A DNA stretch of 64,000 bases from an uncultured delta proteobacterium (GTDB lineage: Bacteria; Desulfobacterota; Desulfobulbia; Desulfobulbales; BM004), in the NCBI GenBank assembly GCA_963783905.1, contig CAWAPG010000007.1, forward strand, positions 5,281 through 69,280, in the 5' to 3' direction. The translations under genes and the position numbers were made by a program. This document shows, piece by piece, positions 59,469 to 64,000 of the stretch. The notes under the pieces are model-generated. The model made no database searches. It was given only the letters and a program-made list of their open reading frames with translations, and was not told where the DNA came from. Position 1 is the stretch's first letter. Each line of letters begins with the position of its first letter.

Positions 59469-60017
59469 ATGCATAAAATTCTTTTATCTCTCTTCATCCT
59501 GGCGCTTCCGCTAGTGTTTAGCGGTTGTGCCGCTAAAAACAGCAAAGGCATGAAACCTCTCGAAACCGTTAACTTTGTTGATCTGGACCGTTATGGGGGC
59601 CGATGGTATGAAATTGCCAGATACCCCAACAGATTCCAGAAAGGATGCGTCGGCAGCAGGGCGACCTATACCCGGCGTGACGACGGCGGCATAGCCGTGG
59701 TCAACCAATGTTATGACAGGTCATTTGCCGGCAAGCTGCGCACGGCTGAAGGAAAGGCATGGGTCGTGGATAAAGAGACAAATGCCAGGCTGAAGGTTTC
59801 TTTCTTCTGGCCCTTTGCCGGCGATTACTGGATAATCGATCTTGGCAGAGATTATGAATATGCTGTGGTCGGACATCCCGACAGAAAATACCTCTGGATT
59901 CTGGCCCGCACACCTGTAATGGATGAAAAAGAGTATCAATCCATCCTGAAACGCCTGCAAATGCAGGGATATGACACGACAAAACTTATCAGAACAGAAC
60001 AGCAAAGCGGAGATTAA
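59469..60017 (+). CDS. blc: Bacterial lipocalin (outer-membrane lipoprotein Blc)
   Basis: Lipobox VFSGCA. FDLDRYGGRWYEIARYPNRFQKGC lipocalin signature. Confidence 0.85.
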   Translation: MHKILLSLFILALPLVFSGCAAKNSKGMKPLETVNFVDLDRYGGRWYEIARYPNRFQKGCVGSRATYTRRDDGGIAVVNQCYDRSFAGKLRTAEGKAWVVDKETNARLKVSFFWPFAGDYWIIDLGRDYEYAVVGHPDRKYLWILARTPVMDEKEYQSILKRLQMQGYDTTKLIRTEQQSGD

Positions 60018-60022
60018 AATTT

Positions 60023-60424
60023 ATGACGCTGAACGAATATTTCCAAAAATTCTCAGGCAGGGGAATCCTGGCAACTGCGGATGCAGAGGGACGGGTCGAT
60101 GCCGCCGTTTACTCAAAACCGCATATTCTTGCAGACAACACCCTTGCCTTTATCATGCGGGATCACCTGACCCACCATAATACCGGTGAAAATCCATATG
60201 CCGTTTACCTTTTTATGGAGGATGGTCCTCATCACAAGGGAATCCGCCTCTTTTTAAAAAAGAGCCGGGAGGATACCGATCCGGATCTGATCGCCAAAAT
60301 GACGAGACGTCACTTGTCCCCGGCGGAGGACAAGGCCAAGGGGCCCAAATTCCTGGTTTATTTCAGTCTGGAGAAAATACTGCCCCTGATCGGCAGCGGT
60401 GAAGCCGGTATCAAGGTGTCATAA
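60023..60424 (+). CDS. Pyridoxamine 5'-phosphate oxidase-like (FMN-binding split-barrel) protein
   Basis: 133 aa. GILATADAEGRVDAAVYSKP resembles the N-terminal strand pattern of the family. Assignment by eye only. Confidence 0.45.
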   Translation: MTLNEYFQKFSGRGILATADAEGRVDAAVYSKPHILADNTLAFIMRDHLTHHNTGENPYAVYLFMEDGPHHKGIRLFLKKSREDTDPDLIAKMTRRHLSPAEDKAKGPKFLVYFSLEKILPLIGSGEAGIKVS

Positions 60425-60459
60425 TGGGCTATTGCCATCCCCCTTGTTTTACGGGTACT

Positions 60460-61036
60460 AAACAACCACCTACTTGAAGTAGGTGGGTTTAACAGCGCGG
60501 ACTTAAAGTCCAGCAATACCGGCAGGCTCACGCAGCCGGTTTAAGGCTCAACCTCAAATCCATCATTGGGATCACGTTCAAAATGATGAGCGAGATATTC
60601 CTTTATCATTACCTTGGTAAGTTCACCGGCTGTTACGCAAAAGTAGCCTCGTGCCCAAAAATGACGGCCCCAATAACGCTTCTTTACATGAGGAAACTCT
60701 TCAAATATCTTCCGAGATGTTCGCCCTTTCACCCTTTTCATTATGTCAGATGGAGACATATTCGGCGGGGCAGAAACCAAGATATGAACATGATCTTTAC
60801 TTACAACACCTCGCAATATCTGAATTTCAAAATACTCACAGGTTTGACGAACAAGATCACGAACTCGATCTGCCAAGTCGCCTTGAAGCATATGATAACG
60901 ATATTTGGTTACCCATACAAAATGATATTCTATTTTGTACTTGGTGTGACTACTCTGTCGGTATTCCATGCCAGAAAGTATAATTCAACAGCTAGCTTAA
61001 AGCTACCCGCCTAAAAGGCGGGGGTTTAAACCTTTA
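60460..61036 (-). mobile_element. IS200/IS605-family insertion sequence (tnpA only) with subterminal hairpins
   Basis: Single Y1 transposase gene flanked by hairpins CCACCTAC-ttgaa-GTAGGTGG (60466-60486) and CCCGCC-taaaa-GGCGGG (61006-61022). Each hairpin is followed by G(G)TTTAA. The exact ends were not determined. Confidence 0.7.
60541..60969 (-). CDS. tnpA: IS200/IS605-family Y1 (HUH) transposase TnpA
   Basis: YHFVWVTKYR, HUH motif DHVHILVS, catalytic Tyr context FWARGYF. Confidence 0.9.
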   Translation of the reverse strand: MEYRQSSHTKYKIEYHFVWVTKYRYHMLQGDLADRVRDLVRQTCEYFEIQILRGVVSKDHVHILVSAPPNMSPSDIMKRVKGRTSRKIFEEFPHVKKRYWGRHFWARGYFCVTAGELTKVMIKEYLAHHFERDPNDGFEVEP

Positions 61037-61105
61037 AATGCGGACGAATTAAATGTAAAATAAGAACTGTTTGATTACCAGATTAACCTGACACGAGGAG
61101 CAATC

Positions 61106-61321
61106 ATGAAAACCTGCAGCCTGAACGACTTTATGGCCGAGATCAACCCCTGGCTTGACAAGGACTATATCAAAGAGGCACACCTGGACGACAACGGGCA
61201 TTTTATCCTGATGTTCAGGGACGGCATGCGAAATGTTTACCATATTGACGACTGCAACGAGGCCCAGATCAAAAAGGTTCTCAAAGACCTGAAAGGCAAA
61301 GGTATTCCCGTCAAGGAGTAA
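61106..61321 (+). CDS. Small hypothetical protein (71 aa)
   Basis: GAGGAG RBS just upstream. No recognisable motif. Confidence 0.4.
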   Translation: MKTCSLNDFMAEINPWLDKDYIKEAHLDDNGHFILMFRDGMRNVYHIDDCNEAQIKKVLKDLKGKGIPVKE

Positions 61322-61329
61322 TCCGCGGT

Positions 61330-62769
61330 TCAGCTGTTTTGCGCCGCCTGCCTGACAATTTTTTCCGCCAGGTCCTGAAACACCAGATTATGAAAGATCA
61401 GGGTTGAATACCAGTAAAGTCTGCCAAGTATACCCCGCGGATAAAAATGCGCCGTCTGGATCAACCTGTCATCCTCAACAATAAACTCCAGCCAGGCTTT
61501 GCCCGGAAGCTTCATCTGGGCCAGAAGCAGGAGTCTTTTGTTGGGTTTGATATCAGCCACTTTCCAAAAATCAAGGGCATCGCCGATGCGAAGCTCACCA
61601 CTTGCACGCCGGCCGCGGTTGAGGCCGTACCCGCCGGTCATTTTATCAATGGCTCCCCTGAGCTGCCAGAGCACATTATACTTATACCACCCTCTTCTAC
61701 CACCGATGGTGAGAGCCGCCTGGAAAACCTTTTCGGGTGAGACGTTGCTGAATTCAATCACGCGTCGGTCCCGGATTATGGCACTGGAAGGATCATCCTG
61801 GTGAATAATATCGCAAACCTCCCCGCCGCTGGAGTCACACCACCGGCTTATGACCTGTTCATCCTCTATTTCCTTTATGGCCCGCCGTACTGAATCTTCA
61901 AAGGACATGGGCTTAATTTCCGGAAAATATCGCGCTGCATTTTCATTCTGCTTTACTGTTTCAGATTTCAGGCCCTCTACCAGGGCTGCCGCTATTCTAT
62001 AGGGAATCGGGGTTAGAAATATGAGCCAGTAGGATGAAAGTTTCGGCGTTAAAACCGGCAGTGGGAAAATGAATCGTTTCAGTCCCATAACCCGGGCAGC
62101 GGCCAGCATCATATCCTTGAAACTCATGGTGTCGGAGCCGACATCAACGATGATATTCTCGCCGGGATCATGCCGGATGGCGGCAGTGAGATAGGACAGC
62201 ACATCATCGACGGCAATTGGCTGGGTCCTGGTGTTCACCCACCTGGGCGTAACCATTACGGGCAGCTTCTGCACCAGGTTCCGAAGAATCTCGAAACTTA
62301 TGCTGCCGGCCCCGATAATAGCACCTGCCCGGATCCAAATGGTGACAATCTCGTTCTGCCGGGTGGATAGCACCTCGCCGGTCTCAATTCTGCTTAACAG
62401 GTGTTTGCTGGCAGTATCCTTGACCCCGAGTCCACCCAGATAGACAATCTTCTTCACCCCGGCGTTGATGCAGGCATCCCTGAAATTTTCAGCGCTTTTC
62501 CGGTCAAGTTCACTGAAATCTTTATCAGCCCCCATGGAGTGAATAAGATAGAAGGCTACATCAATATTTTCCAGGGCCCGGGCGAGTTTTTCCTGGTCGA
62601 ATGTGTCCCCTTCGACAATTTCAACCTTCTGCCTCACCTGTTCCCGCACTTTCATGACATTTCTGACAAAGATGCGGACCTGGAATTCCCGATACGCCAG
62701 AAGCTTATTCTTCAGCCTTCTGCCGATATATCCTGTTGCTCCTGTAATCAGTACCCTGGTTCGATTCAT
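61330..62769 (-). CDS. NAD(P)-binding SDR/NmrA-like oxidoreductase with a C-terminal DUF2867-like domain
   Basis: VLITGATGYIGRRL Rossmann motif. 479 aa two-domain layout. Confidence 0.6.
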   Translation of the reverse strand: MNRTRVLITGATGYIGRRLKNKLLAYREFQVRIFVRNVMKVREQVRQKVEIVEGDTFDQEKLARALENIDVAFYLIHSMGADKDFSELDRKSAENFRDACINAGVKKIVYLGGLGVKDTASKHLLSRIETGEVLSTRQNEIVTIWIRAGAIIGAGSISFEILRNLVQKLPVMVTPRWVNTRTQPIAVDDVLSYLTAAIRHDPGENIIVDVGSDTMSFKDMMLAAARVMGLKRFIFPLPVLTPKLSSYWLIFLTPIPYRIAAALVEGLKSETVKQNENAARYFPEIKPMSFEDSVRRAIKEIEDEQVISRWCDSSGGEVCDIIHQDDPSSAIIRDRRVIEFSNVSPEKVFQAALTIGGRRGWYKYNVLWQLRGAIDKMTGGYGLNRGRRASGELRIGDALDFWKVADIKPNKRLLLLAQMKLPGKAWLEFIVEDDRLIQTAHFYPRGILGRLYWYSTLIFHNLVFQDLAEKIVRQAAQNS

Positions 62770-62792
62770 ATAATCCCGTAAATCAATAAGGA

Positions 62793-63788
62793 TCAGGCAC
62801 GGTTCCTGAGCTTGAGCTCAATAGGGTGCGGGTGGAGGTAATACTGGATTTTCAGATATTCCTGGTCATATTTTCGCACATAATGATTGACCAGGGCTAT
62901 CGGGACAATCAAGGGGGTATAATTCAGGCGGTACTGTTCAATGATTTCCTGAAGTTCCTCTTTTTCATCCCGGTTCAAGAGCTTTTTGAAATACCCCGCC
63001 ATATGCTGCAGGACATTGACATTTTTTTTAATTGTTGCCGACAGAGACAGGGCCTGCATCAGCATGGCTTCATATTTTTCATACAGCGGATCCAGCGGCA
63101 TTTCCTTCATCCCGGCAACAAGGCGGCCCATGTCCCTGTAATACTGCAGGCTGTGGGACATTATCTGCAGCTTGTGTGCGGTATGAAAGGCAACAATATT
63201 ACTCCTGCTCTTTTTCTGTTCCACGACCTGCCGCCACCGTTTGAGAGCAAAGATTCGCTCGATGAAATTCTCCCGCAGGGCCGCATCATGCAGCCTGCCT
63301 TCCTCTTCAACCGGGAGAAGGGGAAACCGGGCCATAAAAGCCCGGGCAAAAAGCCCCACCCCCCTGTTGCTTCCCGGATGCCCCTTTTCCGTATAAACCT
63401 TGACGCGCTCCATGCCGCTGCTCGGAGATTTACTCTTGAAAATGAAGCCGCAGAGGTTTTCAGCTGCAAGTTCATCCACCCTTTTCCGGGCCCAACTGCT
63501 CATGGTGCCGGTGCAATCCCGGCCGGTTTTTGAGGTCAGCAATCGCGGTGACTCAGGATCACCCACCAACCGCAGCGTTTCGCGTGGGATGCCGAAACCC
63601 GCCTCAACTTCGGGACATACATCCACGAAGGTAAAATAGCGGCCCAGGGTATCGGTAATATACCGGTCATGGCTGTGGCCCCCGTTGTAGCGCACTTCCT
63701 TGCCAAGGAGGCATGAACTGACCCCTATTTTTATTGTTTCCTGCATAGCGTAATAATCCTTGAAAACGGGAAAAAGTTCCTCATCCAA
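62793..63788 (-). CDS. ybgA: YbgA-like DUF523 + DUF1722 fusion protein
   Basis: N-terminal IGVSSCLLGKEVRYNGGH (DUF523) and a C-terminal helical DUF1722-like half (HTAHKLQIMSHS...). Confidence 0.65.
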   Translation of the reverse strand: MDEELFPVFKDYYAMQETIKIGVSSCLLGKEVRYNGGHSHDRYITDTLGRYFTFVDVCPEVEAGFGIPRETLRLVGDPESPRLLTSKTGRDCTGTMSSWARKRVDELAAENLCGFIFKSKSPSSGMERVKVYTEKGHPGSNRGVGLFARAFMARFPLLPVEEEGRLHDAALRENFIERIFALKRWRQVVEQKKSRSNIVAFHTAHKLQIMSHSLQYYRDMGRLVAGMKEMPLDPLYEKYEAMLMQALSLSATIKKNVNVLQHMAGYFKKLLNRDEKEELQEIIEQYRLNYTPLIVPIALVNHYVRKYDQEYLKIQYYLHPHPIELKLRNRA

Positions 63789-64000
63789 TGAGAGTTTTCA
63801 AGGTACTATTCTTTTACTGAATTACCAAAAGGAAAATTTTGTTTTCACCCTATTGCCGTTCACTTTTGGGCAGCAATCACTCATAATCTTTTGTTCTTCC
63901 CCTCCAACTGATTGGAAATTTTGCATTTTAAAACTTGTAGTTGCCTTTATTTCTGGTATAAAATCTTCTGTTTATGGAGAAATATCATGAAAGTTAAAGT

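Noticed and set aside
63987-64000. Possible plus-strand gene start (GGAGA RBS, ATG at 63987, TGGTATAAA extended -10 upstream).
   Set aside because: Only four codons lie inside the window, which is too little to call a CDS.

Overview
This 64 kb window looks like an anaerobic Desulfobacterota-type chromosome, possibly Desulfobulbales-like. That call is an inference from gene content only. The supporting genes are the LL-DAP aminotransferase lysine route, a fused cobA/hemD, a Geobacter-type CX4CH...CXXCH cytochrome motif and heavy sigma-54 usage.

The left half (1-34 kb) is a densely packed core region:
- the 3' part of a giant activase-fusion gene;
- a 15 kb co-directional minus-strand block: pgsA, SLT transglycosylase, tal, YHS protein, folK, dapL-dapB-dapA-dapF-lysA, an FN3 lipoprotein, and argH-argG-argF-argD-argB;
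- lptA-lptB-rpoN;
- a 1441-aa SNF2 helicase;
- cobA/hemD-hemC, adk, hom, an apgM-like proposed homoserine kinase, a thioesterase and an initiator tRNA-Met.

The right half (34-64 kb) is more accessory-like:
- a PAP2 phosphatase;
- a sigma-54-driven multihaem cytochrome c lipoprotein built from four near-identical 213-bp tandem modules, interrupted by a frameshift;
- a divergently transcribed full-length 1423-aa double-ATPase activase / Cys-rich fusion, paralogous to the gene at the left edge;
- a glycine-zipper lipoprotein;
- an RND adaptor plus a GC-rich RND permease broken by about nine same-direction frame changes;
- a 10 kb sigma-54 / two-component locus;
- a frameshifted GerE/LuxR mini-gene, lipocalin, an IS200/IS605 element, and SDR/DUF2867 and DUF523/DUF1722 genes.

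The two-component locus is the best candidate for an undescribed system. It contains a PAS-type enhancer-binding protein, a NifX-like protein, a Cache histidine kinase, six receiver domains and a HisKA-only protein. It also has a perfect -24/-12 promoter, a small protein and two receivers that share a conserved AFAEAGE[YW]xxA tail, a CBS protein, an SLC13 permease and a receiver fused to a Cys/His-rich unknown domain.

No CRISPR array and no rRNA gene were seen. All homology statements come from reading the translated ORFs by eye. No database search or computation was run.
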